From: Nitrospirales bacterium
Lineage (GTDB): Bacteria > Nitrospirota > Nitrospiria > Nitrospirales > UBA8639
Direction of reading: 5' to 3'
Assembly (NCBI GenBank): GCA_965203295.1
Contig: CBDBCZ010000009.1
Span: forward strand, 64,001-128,000
DNA length: 64,000 nt
This document shows, piece by piece, positions 24,524-38,826 of the stretch. The number at the start of each line of letters is the position of its first letter. The first letter of the stretch is position 1. Made by a program: the position numbers and the translations under genes. Under the pieces are notes generated by a model that saw nothing but the letters and a program-made list of their open reading frames with translations, was not told the origin of the DNA and ran no database searches.

Positions 24524-25404
24524 TTGAGAAGCCTCAATTCATTATTGTTTGCATAAATTGCCAATCTGGACAAGGCACGAGACTAATCGAGAAAAGGGAC
24601 AAGAATTGCAAACTATGCTTCTAACAACCTTGTGTTGTTGGCCACATGGCATGGTGAATTAATGAAAACATGTGACTGATATATAATGATGTTTTCGATA
24701 GGAACGTACAATTTAATGTTAACGCAACAGCAGTTTACATTTTAGTATATCATAGCCCACCTGTCATTAAGTGATATTGTTGAGATGTGCTCAGTTGGCA
24801 CGTAAGTATGTCTGTAGTAATGAGTTTTAGTGGCTTCATGTAGAGCAGTTAAGGAACACACACACTCACGTCCATCTTTCATGACTTGGGAATACGACTG
24901 CCGTGCATGCACTTGCACACATTCACCCCACAGTCATGCTCGACACTGCCCTACATTCACCTCGTACACAACTACTTGAGTGTATGATTACTTCATCGTA
25001 TTGTGAACAACCTACTCAGCCTGCCCACTCAATGCATCCTAATTAGCTGAGGATGGGATTGCAATATCAGGAAATCCCTACACAATATCCATGGCAACAA
25101 CAGGGGATACCATGTCAGTGGGAAGTTATAAGCACACACATCCATAATGTAATAGGTGAAGAGAGTTTCAGATAGGAGAATGATATTCAGGCAGAAGCTA
25201 TAGGTATAACTAGATTACTTAGCAGAAATACTATGACCAGAGGTGAACTTTGACACACTCCATGGTCACATAATGTACTGTAAACTTGATCGCCTAATAA
25301 TTGGCTTCATACGTATCTGAAAGCACTTGTACAGGCAAGAGGTTTATATGAGATGGACACTCAGGGGTAGGGTCAACCACACTTCCTTTTTTTTACTGTG
25401 CTCA

Positions 25405-25780
<376 letters not shown>

Positions 25781-26783
25781 TTTTTGGATGGTTCTGTATA
25801 AGAAACTGTAATATGGATGGGCTATAGCTGTAGACTTTTTTGTGTGCATGTGTATGCAGTAACCTAGTTTAATTAATTAACTAGCTGCTCTCTGATCAGA
25901 ATATCGTATTCGTGTTGAAAAATATCAGGCCCATTGGAGCTCCAGTGAACGTTAGTGAGCACTACAGCAATGCACATCTTGCAACCCACCTGTCTTGTCC
26001 AGACATCCTCAGTGGAAACATGAGTATGTCTGTATGGTAATGACTTATTCGTTAAGTGGCTTCTTGTAGAGCAATTAAAGAACACACATTCACGTTGGTT
26101 TATGGAGTATGAGCAACTTGGGAATACGTGCATTCTATAAATTCTCATCTTCGCAATGAAATCACGAAAATAGTTTAGAGATGTCCCAATAGCAAAAAAT
26201 TGATTGGTGCTCTCTTCAGCAGCAATTAGTAGCCAGGAAAGCAGATACAGGCCAGACTACACACCTTGTTGCCATAGCTTCATATCCTGTGGCTAATTAT
26301 AAGTACCCGACTCCTACACACACATGCCAGTGTATTAATAGTGTTTGCAGGCTACGACATTTAGCTATAAGTTGTGGAAATATTATCACAGAATTGATTG
26401 GTACGGTACTCTCTCTTCCGTAAACCCACTGTTATGCAATATTTGAAATTGTTACATACCTAAGGATACCTATGACCAAATGTGTATTTACGTAAGAAAA
26501 GCTTCCGCATCTTGATTTTAGAACTTTTTTGCTTGAAAAAATGACAAACAAGAGAAACAGCTACACCAACAAATAGGTTGACACTAGTAACTATCACAGA
26601 CGGCAGTATAAAACCAAGGGACTGTAAATAAAAATATTTAGCCAAGGGCCAGCCCAACCCATGACAGGGAAAAAACTATGGTGGACAGAAAAAACTATAA
26701 GTCACCTAAAAAAATAACTCACCATAGAAAAACCCAAAATATAAGACTGCAACACACTACTACATTTAATTTACAACAAGTAA

Positions 26784-27881
26784 TTATTGCACAAAAATCT
26801 CAATCAGTTCAATGGGAGTGTCCTCATAACCGATCCCCTCATCGCCACATATTCTCAATTCAATATCGTCACTTGTAGGCTCAGGTAGAATTTTGCAAAA
26901 GTAGGGTGGATCATTCAGCTCGCAGCAAGTGCTTCCTGACCCACAGTCCTCTCCATCCCAGAGTGGGTCACCATCAGGGTAAAATAGACCCAATAGACTC
27001 CAATCACCAGTAATTCCAGTCTCACAGAAGTAGTCCTGCCCCACGAAGGATGGAATGGATTGCGTACTTTGACTACTGGTGCAGGGACAGACCCACTGAG
27101 AACTCGAACCAACATCCAGCTCCGTGATTGAAGCAGCAAATGTCCAAACATGCTCTTTCTCTGTTCCACGTGTGATAACCACTCCATCCACATAGGGGTC
27201 CTCTATTCTAGTGAAGCGTGAGAGGGTGTAGGTCCAAAATGCATCAGGGTGCCCAAGCTGGTAGCCTATTATTCTGCCACAAATACGAGAAAATGAGATG
27301 TTGTAAGTACTGAAAGAGACGGAGCTACAGCCACCAGATCCAAGGTTAGAAGAACCAGGATTTGTCACAGTTTCGTTGGTTCTTCCACACACTCTCACTG
27401 GCGCTGTGATCTCCCTCCATGCTGGTGGGCACTGGTGGGTAGGGTCAGTCATGTTGAGGTAGGCCACACGAGACCATCCTCCAACACTAGCACTGCTACA
27501 ACTACACTCCCTGGTCATGTCACAATAGACCCGAACAGCTGTTCCATTAGAGCTTGCGATCCAGTAGTGCTCTGACGGGAGTTGGGGGTCGCACTGTGAC
27601 ACTTCAAGACAGGATGAGGCTGGATTCTCCTGGACTTGACCTGGACAAAGGATATTATTGCGAATAGTGTTCAAAATTTCTTGATCAATTTCAGCTCTGG
27701 CCATCTCCAGTTGCTCCTCAGGAGGACAGACCTGCCCCCCTCCCTCCAGTACTGTAGTAGAGTAACTCACTGGTAGTGAGCTGTTGTCATGCTGGCTAGT
27801 CACACCTTCCTGGCATGAAGTGAGCTGAAGTTCAGCGGCTAGAATGAGTGCAAGAACTGTGTACAAAACTTTACTACTCAT
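26784..27881 (-). CDS. Secreted cysteine-rich protein, copy 2
   Basis: Intact paralogue; ATG of MSSKVLY at 27881 (the ORF track starts at an upstream TTG). Confidence 0.9.
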   Translation of the reverse strand: MSSKVLYTVLALILAAELQLTSCQEGVTSQHDNSSLPVSYSTTVLEGGGQVCPPEEQLEMARAEIDQEILNTIRNNILCPGQVQENPASSCLEVSQCDPQLPSEHYWIASSNGTAVRVYCDMTRECSCSSASVGGWSRVAYLNMTDPTHQCPPAWREITAPVRVCGRTNETVTNPGSSNLGSGGCSSVSFSTYNISFSRICGRIIGYQLGHPDAFWTYTLSRFTRIEDPYVDGVVITRGTEKEHVWTFAASITELDVGSSSQWVCPCTSSQSTQSIPSFVGQDYFCETGITGDWSLLGLFYPDGDPLWDGEDCGSGSTCCELNDPPYFCKILPEPTSDDIELRICGDEGIGYEDTPIELIEIFVQ

Positions 27882-29757
27882 TGTGGCCAAACAGCTTGTG
27901 TCCAATTATGTGAGAATGTGATCGTTGTGACTGGGACGTGCCTTATATACTCTAGAAATGGGATATAAAGTACCAAATTAAGACACGTTCCAGTGGAGAG
28001 AGGAGGACATGTACAAATTAATTGATGGTGCCACTGAATACAGTACAGTGTGTGGCTGGCAATTTATTTAATAAGTATTTAATAAGTAGCTTTACAGGAG
28101 CACACACACAGCAGCTGGAATGATACACATTCAATTGCAAGAAATGCATTATGCATTCTAATAATAGTCACTTGATGAGGTAATGCTATTACTGTAGTAA
28201 TAAGCACTGAATGCCATGGCAAACTCCAGACTACCAATCAGACATACATATTAGCCACCTTACAGCAAGAAATTAAACTAAGCCACGCATTAGCTCTTGA
28301 CATATTTTAAACTGCATTGAGGAGTCACAATTCATTACAGTCTGTAAATCTGGATATGACACGAGGCTTTTAGCACCCTCTTATTACACTGTTTGCATTA
28401 TACACTGCTAATACCTGTGTGTGTGTGGGGGGGGGGTTATTAGGGAGAGAAAATAATAAAGAAAGGGCTGTGGCAGAGTTCTTGTCCATTACGTTATGAG
28501 TTACTGAGTTTATAGTTTGATTAGCTGTATTATGCACACATGCCTGGCCCAGTGATGTGTGAGGTCCACCATGGGCATATACATGCAGCTTATAGCTGTG
28601 ACCTATCCCATCTGGTACCCTGTGGCTTTGTCTCATACCCAGATCCCAACCCTAACTTTATTCTGATTTATAGACACACCTCCTCAGGAATCACAGCAGA
28701 TTAAAATTGTGTGTATGGGAGGTGTTTCTTGTTGAAACTAAAATTAAACTTTTCTTCAGTATCAGACTAAATCTAATTGGCTATGTAAAGCCACACTAAA
28801 AACACACAAGTTTATATATTATGTCTGTAAACACTACAGCAGTGTGATCGTTGTGACTGGGACATTCCTTGTATACTGTAAGAATGGGATGTAAAGTACC
28901 AAATTAAGACACGTTCCAGTAGAGAGAGGAGGACATGTACAAATTAATGGATGGTGCCACTGAATACAATACAGTGTGTGGCTGGCAATTTATTTAATCA
29001 GTAGCTTTACTGGAGCACACACACAGCAGCTGAAGTGGTTAGTCTGCACATCTCCCTCTCAGTCTGCCCTGTGGCGTCTGCTTCACTTAATAGTTCTGAT
29101 TAGCATGGTACCACAGCTGTAAATAGCTACATTACTTTTCCTGTAACTGAATTACTTTTCCTGTAACTCAATTTATGAGAATATAAATGCTCTAAGATAA
29201 TGTTTGAGATTTAGTGTATTATTTTTCCTGTAACTGGGTTCCTGAGAATAAAATTTACACCCACACGCACACGCACGCGCACGCGCACGCGCACACGCAC
29301 ACGCACACGCACACGCACACGCACACGCACACGCACACGCACACGCACACGCACACGCACACGCACACGCACACGCACACGCACACGCACACGCACACGC
29401 ACACGCACACGCACACGCACACGCACACGCACACGCACACGCACACACGCACACATACATACACCAATAGTGTGTGAGGTCCACATGGTCATGATCATAT
29501 GTGCAGCTAATTGCTGTGGTTTTCCCCATCTGGTGTCCTGTGTATATACCGGCTTAGTCTCATACCCAGATCCCATCCCTCACTAGATGGTCTGCCAATT
29601 AACATTGCACTGGTAGCTCAGCCTTCATTAAACTCTTTCAGATAATTAAGTAGAAATTTTGAGTGAAGTAACGTGCTATGGGCTCAACAATCTCAGCTTG
29701 TGTCCAACTGTTTTAGAGTGTGATTGTTGTGACTGGGACTTGCCTAGCTACTCTAGG

Positions 29758-30102
29758 TATAGGATATACCACGTCTACGAGGAATATAAACGCAGATAAA
29801 CTCCGCTAGACAGTTTACCCGAGGCGTAGCCGAGGGTAAACCGTCTAGCGGAGTTTATCGCGTTTATACTCCGATTAGGTGTGGTATGTCCGGCTTATAT
29901 CACAGGCGGCCAATCGCTTCTTGCCGTTTGTCATCGCCATAGTTACCATTCAGTAGTATTCATTTATTACGTAAACAAAAAACACGCTAACAAACATGAA
30001 AACACGCATGGAAAACATGAAAACAAAATAGTAGTATAAACACCTTTATACTCCTCTCTGTAGCCAATGAATTTCACCAAAAGTGATGTAATGTGATATA
30101 AG
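29758..30102. mobile_element. Non-autonomous element: terminal hairpin plus IR-bounded body
   Basis: Hairpin ~29761-29890 centred on cccGAggcGTAgccGAggg; IRs cttatatcaca/tgtgatataag; empty sites ctagg|aatg at ~20567 and ~42376. Confidence 0.8.
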
Positions 30103-31055
30103 AATGGGATTAAAGTACCACCAAATAAATTTTAAACTACAGTAGAGAGAAGTGGACATGTACAAATTATTAGCCGGCGCCACTGAAGATTAAAACAGTA
30201 GAGCATGTGGCTGGCAATTTCTTTCATCAGTAGCTTTACTAGAGCACACACAGCAGCTGGAATGGTACACATTCCTAAGATATTTATTCTCATGAATTCA
30301 ATTACAGGAAAGCCACTACAAATTCTAATAATAGTCACTTGATGAGGTAGTGCACCATACCTATCACTGTAGTAATTATAGGCACTGAATGCCATGGCAA
30401 ACTCTAGACTACCAATCAGACATATTAGCCACCTTACAGCTTACAAGAAATTAAAGTTAAGCCACCCAGTATCTCTTGTGGTATATTAAACTGCATTGAG
30501 GAGTCACAGTCTGTACACTGCCAATCTGGATATGTCACGAGGACTGAAGGAAGGACAAGAGTTACATACTACACTTCAGCTTATTTGTAAACCACACTGG
30601 GTTGTTGGCTACATGGCCATGGCCATGATGAAATACCATTACCTGATTAGCTACAACAGGAAATTCCTATACAGTAGTCATAGCAACAACATGGTACACT
30701 GTAAATAGAACAGTTAGGCGCTGGTGAGGTATAATGAAAATAGTGGAAATAGCAGAGTGATTTCATTGAACTTTCTTATTGTCTTTACATTCCATGTCAC
30801 AGCACCTGTTACCAGTGTCCTAATTTAGGGGTCTCAGTTAGAATCAATGAAAATAGTGTGGGAGGTGTTCTTGATTACCTACCTCATGATGGGTTTAACA
30901 TAGAACTGAGGTGTCTCCGCTCTTGTTCATCGTGGCATTCCATCCATCACACTTCTACATTTGTTCTTGGCCGTTATAATAGGGACTTTGCACAGTACAC
31001 AGTACAAGTGTGTGTTTGGTGTGATGTCATATATTCCACTCCCACCCTCATGCAG

Positions 31056-31165
31056 GGAGGAAGACGAAGACCTCTACCTCGACCAGATCAGCAAGACCTT
31101 TGACCCCGGCCAGGAGTCACTGCTGTCGGCAGCACACTTTGCTCAGACTGGGAGCAGCGTACCAG
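31056..31165 (+). pseudogene. Orphan exon-like fragment (EEDEDLYLDQISKTFDPGQESLLSAAHFAQ); copies at ~3681-3789 and ~43898-44007
   Basis: Flanked by ctcatgcag| and AG|gtcagt; coding-like composition; the copy at 3.7 kb is frameshifted. Confidence 0.45.
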
Positions 31166-31380
31166 GTCAGTGGCTGCTAGTGTACCACTGGGTACCCCAA
31201 AGGCTATACCTCACAGATGCATTCATTGAGTGTGTACTCCTGTAATAGTGTATATGTTCACAGCTGTATGTTATTATTAAATTCTTGGCAGATTCAAAGC
31301 CACTTATGTTGTGTATAGTTTGTAGGACAAACCAGAAGGTAGAAGTTTTTTTATGCTGTCAGTGACTCTCATGCATAGTT

Positions 31381-31445
<65 letters not shown>

Positions 31446-31815
31446 AGATATTGGGGGTGAATAATAAACAGGCTATGGCAGGGTACTTGTCCATTACTTG
31501 ATGAGTTATTAAAAACAGTGAGTTTATGTTTTGATTAGTTTTAATTAGTTGTATCATGTAGTAGAATGATCCATGAAATTAGTTTCATCTAAACAGTTAC
31601 AGTTTCCCATGTTACTGGTCATCAGGGGAGTTCCCAGACTGATTATCGCTGGGTTAGGGTTGGTTACCGGTAATTTGGTGTTTTAGTACATTTGTGGCTA
31701 CAATAATAATTGCCGCCATTGCTCTCGTAGTTGCATATTTGTAAGTACTATAAAGGATATTATTTTCTCCAATTTCTTTGCCACGCTGAAGTCTTACCTA
31801 TCTTCTCTTTTATCT

Positions 31816-32052
31816 GACTGGTTGGCATGGTCTCCTGTTCGCCTAGTATCCGTTCTGATTTTGTCAGTTGCTTGGTGAAGGTTGTGTCAAAGGCACTGCA
31901 GTGGTATTGCTAGACCTCAGTGCTACGAACTCTTTACAAGTGAGCACTAGAAGTCAAACAGATGGCTGAGCTCCACGTGAAAGCCATCTGTTCGATCTGC
32001 CTTTGGCAGAGGAGCATCACCTCTAGGAGTGGCCCCCTTTCGAGGCTCAAGG
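31816..32052 (+). mobile_element. 5'-deleted paralogue of the structured short element at 45693-45997
   Basis: Matches 45760-45997; about 760 bp present at ~44998-45759 is missing here. Confidence 0.7.
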
Positions 32053-32849
32053 TGTGTGTGTGTGTGTGGAGGGAGTGGAACAAAAATATCAGGAAGCACA
32101 TTTAATTCGATATATTAATTACTCATCGCTAATGCTCTTTCCGCATTCTTGATCACTCCCTCCTGACACACACACACACATGGTGAGTGAAGCCCACCAT
32201 GAGTGTATGCAGTTTATAACCGTGAATGTCCCATCTGGTACCCTGAGAACAAAACTATATTGATAGCAGAACTTACCCAAAAATGAACCAAACTTTTTAT
32301 ACGAATCCATATAACTCCACAATCACAATTACTGCGCATCCATGCCGTTGATTCAGAAATAGGTATGCCAATGCATTTGCGGTGTACAGGACCATGCATG
32401 CATGCACGTACACACACGTGCACATAATTGCAATTTGCAGTTACCACATGCCCATGGCAGACTAATGAAAACTTATGTGGCCAACGTAAAATCGTGTATT
32501 GAATAGGAGCATACCATCCCAGTTCATATCTTATAGTCCACCTGTCATTAGGTGATATTGTTGGGATGTGCTCAGTGGGCACGTATGTCTGTAGTAATGA
32601 TATTAACTCACACACTCAACGTTACTCTTTCAAGCATGAGCGCTACATTATCTAAATTAAAAGCCTGGAGACATCCCCTTAGCAAGGAAAGCAGAGAGAG
32701 GCCGGACTACGCTGTACTGAAAACAAACTCCAAACCATAGGGGTAGCCAGACATAAGTGGAAGAGAGCAGCAGATACCACAGGGCAGAGGGAGATCATGC
32801 AGGCTCATTGTCCCATTGTTCAAGTTTCATACACACTTGGTTACCTTGC

Positions 32850-34870
32850 ATGGCTACATCATATTTCCATTGATAATGCACACACGCCCTCGCTCCACGA
32901 TGATCACGACAGTACCCTGTTGTACATTGGAACCCCTCTTAAAGGACGCCCCTGAAATAAGGACACCTCTCTATACAGGACACTTTACAAGGTACCCAAG
33001 GTGTTCACATTAGAGTGGTTCCAATGTATATAACTGCCTGAGTGCATGATTACTTCACTGTATTGTAAACCAGCATACAGCCAGCCCACTCAAAGCCATG
33101 TGGGTAGATGGGCAATGGCCTGATTAGCTATGTGCAACAGGAAATTTTTATACTGTAGGCACGGCAACTACATGGTGCAATGTAAACAGAAGTTAGACTC
33201 ATACTTGTCCAGAGGAGGTAGGATATGGTTTTCACAAGTAGGTTCATATTGGTGTAGAATGACCGATCTCAACATGTTCCCCAAAATTAAAGTTCATTGG
33301 ACAGCTGGTTAGCAACAGTTTTTTGCATCAGGACTATCCTCCAATGATGGTACAGGGGATATTGTAATGGTATGCATTTATAACCCCCAATTGTTTTGTA
33401 TAATAAACTCGTTATAATTAATTAAAGTTGAAAGTTTGGGAGCTATAATTCTATTCCATCCCATCCCATCCCACTTATCCCATCCCAATCCTAAAACCTT
33501 ACGTACCCTGTTGTTACCATGGTTATTGTGTAGGAATTTGCTGTTGTTGCTATCCCATCCTCAGTGCCCACTCACCCCTCAATGCCCTCCATTCACCCCA
33601 TACACAACTACATGTGTGAAGGGAGTGGATCAAAAATGCAGAAAGCACACGCTATTAATTTACTCATTGCTAATGTTCTTTCCGCATTCCTGATTACTCC
33701 CTCCACACACACACAAAATGATGGCACCATGACCGTACACATGGTTCCTAGCCAGGAAAGCAGAGAGAGGCCAGACTACACTGTACTGAAAACAAACTCC
33801 AGACCATAGGGAAAGCCAGGCATGAGTGAAAGAAAGCAGAAGATACCACAGGGCAGAGGGAGATAATGTCCCATTGTCCCATTGTTCAAGTTTCATACAC
33901 ACTTGGTTACATTGGCTATATCATATTTCCATTGATAACGCACACACACACTCGCCCCACAATCCTGCATTAACCTAGTACAATGAAACCCCTCTTAAAG
34001 GACATCCCTGAAATAAGGACACCTCTCGATCTATACAGGACACTTCACAAGGTCCCCAAGTTGTCCACATTAGAGGGGTTCCACTGAATACAACTTCCCG
34101 AGAGCGTGATTACTTCACTCTGTTATAAACTATCTAGCTTCCATGCTCCAAATTCAACAGCTATAGCTGAACCAATGAGGCTACATTAATTAGGCATCAA
34201 GTCCAGTTCTTGTGCACTCCTTGTTTGCCATATAGCTATACATCCTGTGGCTGCTTATAAGGAAACAGGAAATTCTTCACAAAAGCCATGGCAACAACTG
34301 GTTACCTGGTTACAGGTGCAAAGTACATGTGTGTTCAGAGGGTACAGGAGTATATAAGAATTATATTACCTAATCAGAAAGACCATCTTGATGGAGAATT
34401 GCCAAGCTCAAGCTAATCCATGAGAGAAACTCGTCGGAGAGCAGGTTAGTACCAGTTAATGTGCATCACGAGATCAGAGGAAGTAGGACACAATTCATAT
34501 AGGGGATAGTATCTCACCAACTGGTCCACACTGAAATGACCTGCAGTTTACCCCACCATCATTGGAGGAAAGTCCAGAATGTTGTTCATTGTACGTACCT
34601 CCCCAATGAGTTTTCTCTTGGACTCAGAATTAGATGTAACAGTCTGTATGGACCTGCTGGTGATCTACTCCACAAAGCCCCTGTGGGCATTAGTAGAACG
34701 TACATGTAGTATACTGTTTTTGTACCCGGCTTTTGCCATGGCTACTGTATAATAATTTCCTGTTGCAGCTGATTAGGTAAGCTGTGCAGGTGGTATCCTT
34801 GTTCACAATACAGTGAAGTAATCATGCACTCAGGTAGTTGTGTATGAGGTGAATAGAGGGCATTGCGGGG
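32850..34870. repeat. Segmental duplication, partners ~54630-56610 and in part ~46490-47620
   Basis: Colinear near-identity read directly; boundaries approximate. Confidence 0.85.
32923..33028. mobile_element. ~105-bp TA-flanked MITE; copies at ~33978-34090, 47474-47582, 54671-54776 and 55696-55806, partial at ~9390-9504 and ~46490-46528
   Basis: ta-cattggaacc ... ggttccaatg-ta with internal aggacac repeats. Confidence 0.75.
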
Positions 34871-35584
34871 TGAGTGGGCATGTGTATGCAACCGAGATTT
34901 GATCTAGCCAATGTGGTCCATGTGCGGGATATGAGCCCATGTAACATTTAGCCAATCATCATAGAGTACGGTAGTAGGCTCATCTAAGTAGCTTTCACGC
35001 CAGAGAAATGTAGCCGCTCCGGCACAGCACGTGTTATGATTACGTAATTGTCTGTGACAAATGAATTGCGTTCTAATTTTTGCAAGCTTAAAAAAAAATC
35101 GCATTCGCATTTAATAGATTATCGCGTTTAAAACCGGTCCTATGATATAAGAATTAAATTACCTCATCAGAAAGACCATCTTGATGTAGAATTGCCAATC
35201 TCAACCTAAAGTTCATAAGATTAACTCGTCGGAGAGCAGCTGCAGTTAATGTGCATCACAAGATTAGAGGAGATAGTCCATATAGATAGTCCATGTGCGG
35301 GATGTGAGCCCATGTAACATTTAGCCAATCACCATGAAGTACGGTAGGTAGTAGTCTCGGCCTGTGACTTTTTCAGTCACACAAATTTTTTTACAGGGCC
35401 TGGGACCTAGAGTCAGTTGCATGAGGCCAAGAGTAGAAAGGTAGTTTATATTTTCACTGTAACAAATTTTGTAATTAACAATTGTTAATTACAAATTTGC
35501 AGCTGTGGAATTTAAACTCCACACTAGAAACAGTCTGTCACTATAAAATAAGCAACTTTAATAAAGGGATGGAAATCTGACAAA

Positions 35585-36026
35585 CAAGTCTGACATTTCA
35601 TGTCTAAAAAACCAGCCGGATGCCTTTCCCGTACAATACACACAACTCAGCTTAGGCCAAGCTACTAAACCACAGCTGTAGAGCCAGAGATACGATATTC
35701 CTAGAGCGGTACAGCGAAAGTGCTGACTCAGCAGTTTCGTCATGCGCCTCCAGTTAGTAGCTATATGCCAAGAAATCAGGATCTTTACGGCTACCTACCA
35801 CGTTTTCGCCATCTAGGCAACACAAAACTACCTTCATTTGCTGTAGCTTGGCCTGCAAACCTCCAAAAGCTGCTATGCACTGCAGTTGCATAGTAACGTA
35901 TGACGTAAAATATTGCGCACGTGATAAGTGCGGACGCACAGACAAACAAACAAACAAACAGACACGGAAAGCGTAAAGCAATCTTAGTACCAGCTATTCG
36001 TGCGCTGTGCGCGCTCCGGCTAGTAA
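35585..36026 (-). mobile_element. Non-autonomous Helentron-like element, family B
   Basis: subTIRs ccagccgg/ccggctag, (TTTG)n tract on minus, 3' hairpin gacat-gaa-atgtc; sits in an A-run that is empty at ~22180. Confidence 0.8.
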
Positions 36027-38826
36027 AAAAATAAACACCCACTTTGTAGGTTAGACTCCTACATATATACATGTACTCAAACACACAACTACAGTAACCA
36101 CCAAGCAGTCAAAACAGGCTATTGCAATGAGCTGAACTAGCTACGATGTCATGATCTCCTCACACTGTAAAAATAAATGGATTACTTTAAGGCTACTATC
36201 TCAGTTGCAGGTTTATCCATGTGTACATGTAATTATCTACAAGTACACATCAGTTGTGTGCTAATAATAACGAGAAACATGTGTTCTTGACGAATACACA
36301 TTTGTAGTAACAGTAGGTTGCAAGGTAAACAACAGAATGGGCTGGGGAGATGGAGGTATAACTCCTCCAAATCCCTAGCTCATACTCCCAGTCTGACAAC
36401 CCACACTAATTGCATTCCTACTAAAATTAAACCTCTTCCTTATTGCTAAATAATACAATCTAGCTCATGCAGCAATAGCTAATGCACAATTAAAAAGCAC
36501 TTTGCCAAAAAGTGCAAAAACAAGTCAGTGACACATAGTAGTGTTTTTTAGGGAGGTCTATGTGGGTGTGTTTGGTAAAGTGTAGATTGAGTGTTGTCAA
36601 CTTTGTTGAGTGTGTTGTATTGGATTGCATTAATTGATTAAACATTGTCATAGTTCCAGATATTGTACTACCGTGGCTACTACATATAATACAAATAGTA
36701 ATTCCAGAACCACCAGACCCAACCCCCTCACAACAGTAGCCACCATCCTCAAATACGCCTGGTTCAGCCACTGATATCCTGTGGCTAATAATTCTAAGTA
36801 CCCAACCTCCTATAGACAAACATTCCAGTGTGACATCTAGCTGTAAGTTGTGGAAAAACGAATAATAGTACACAATTGATTGGTACATTCCACATGAACC
36901 CATTGCTATGGAATTGTTACCCACTCAAGAATATCAATCATAGCCCACCTGTCATTAAGTGATAATTAGCGTTAATTGATATTTAATGTGCTCAGTTGGC
37001 ACGTCAGTGTGTCTGTAGTAATGAGTTTTAGTGGCTTCATGTAGAGCAATTAAGGAACACACACACTCACGTCCATTTTTCGTGACTTGGGAATACGACT
37101 ACCATTGTTGAGATGTGCTCAGTTGGCACGTAAGTATGTCTGTAGTAATGAGTTTTAGTGGCTTCATGTAGAGCATTTAACTTAAAGGAACACACACACT
37201 CACGTTCATCTTTCGTGACTTGGGAATACGACTATGTGCACACACATGTATGCACTTGCACACATTCACCCCACAATCATGCTTGACACTGCCCTACATT
37301 CACCTCATGCACCAATACCTGAGTGTATGATTACTTCACTGTATACCTGCACAGCGTCCCCACTCAATGCATCCTAATTAGCTGAGAATGGGATAGCAAT
37401 ATCAGGAAATTCCTACACAATATCCATGGCAACAAGAGGAGTACCATGTCAGTGGGAAGTTATATGCACACACTTCCATAATGTAATAGGTGAAGAGAGT
37501 TTCAGATAGGAGAATGATATTCTGATCAGGCAGCAGCTATAGGTAACTAGATAACTTAGCAGAAATACTATGACCAGAGGTGAACTTTGACATACTCCAT
37601 TGTCAATTTGTCACATAATGTACTGTAAACCTGATTGCCTAATTGGTTACACGTCACTATGCATTCTAAAATAGTCACTTGATGAGGTAATGCAGTATGA
37701 CTGGAGGTGAACTTCGACACACTCCATTGTCACATAATGTACTGTATACCCGATCGCCTAATTGGTTACATATCTGAATGCACTTGTACAGGCAAGAGGT
37801 TTAATGAGATGGAAACTCAGGGGTATAGGTCAACCACACTTCTTTTTCTTACTGTGCTCATTTTTGGATGGTTCTGTATAAGAAACAGTGAAATGGATGG
37901 GCTATAACTGTAGACGTTTTTGTGTGCATGTGTATGTAGTAACCTAGTTTAAGTAATTAACTAGCTACTACCTGATCAGAATGTCGTATTCCTGTTGAAA
38001 AGTAACAGGCCCGTTGGAGGCCTAGTGAACGTCGGTGAGCACTACAGCAATTCACATCTTACAACCCACATGTCTTGTCCAGACATCCTCAGTGGGCACA
38101 TGAGTATGTCTGTATGGTAATGGCTTATTCATTAAGTGGCTTCTTGTAGAGCAATTAAGGAACATGGGCAACTTGGAATACGTACATTCTATAAATTCCC
38201 ATCATCACAATGACATCACGAAATAGTTTAGGGACGTTCCCATAGCAATTAGCAGCCAAGAAAGCAGATACAGGCCAGACTACACACCTTGTTGCCATAG
38301 CTTCATATCCTGTGGCTAACTATAAGTACCCGACTCCTACACACACGTGCCAGTGTATTAATAGTGTTTGCAGGCTACGACATTTAGCTATAAGTTGTGG
38401 AAATATTATCACAGAATTGATTGGTACAGTACTCTCTTCCGTAAACCCACTGTTATGCAATATTTAAAATTGTTACCCACCCAAGGATACCTATGACCAA
38501 ATGTGTATTATTTTATGTTAGAAGAGCTTCCGCATCTTGATTTCAGAACTTTTATTGCTTGAAAAAAATCTGATAATGACAAACAAGAGAAACAGCGACA
38601 CCAACAAATAGGTTAACACTAGTAACTATCACAAACTGCAGTATAAAACCAAGGGACTGTAAATAAAAATATTTAGCCAAGGGCCAGCCCAACCCATGAC
38701 AGGGAAAAAACTATGGTGGACAAAAAAAACTATAGGTCAGCTGAAAAAAACTCACCATAGAAAAACCCAAACTATAAGATTACAACACACTACTGTAGCT
38801 ACATTTAATTTACAACACTCAAGTAA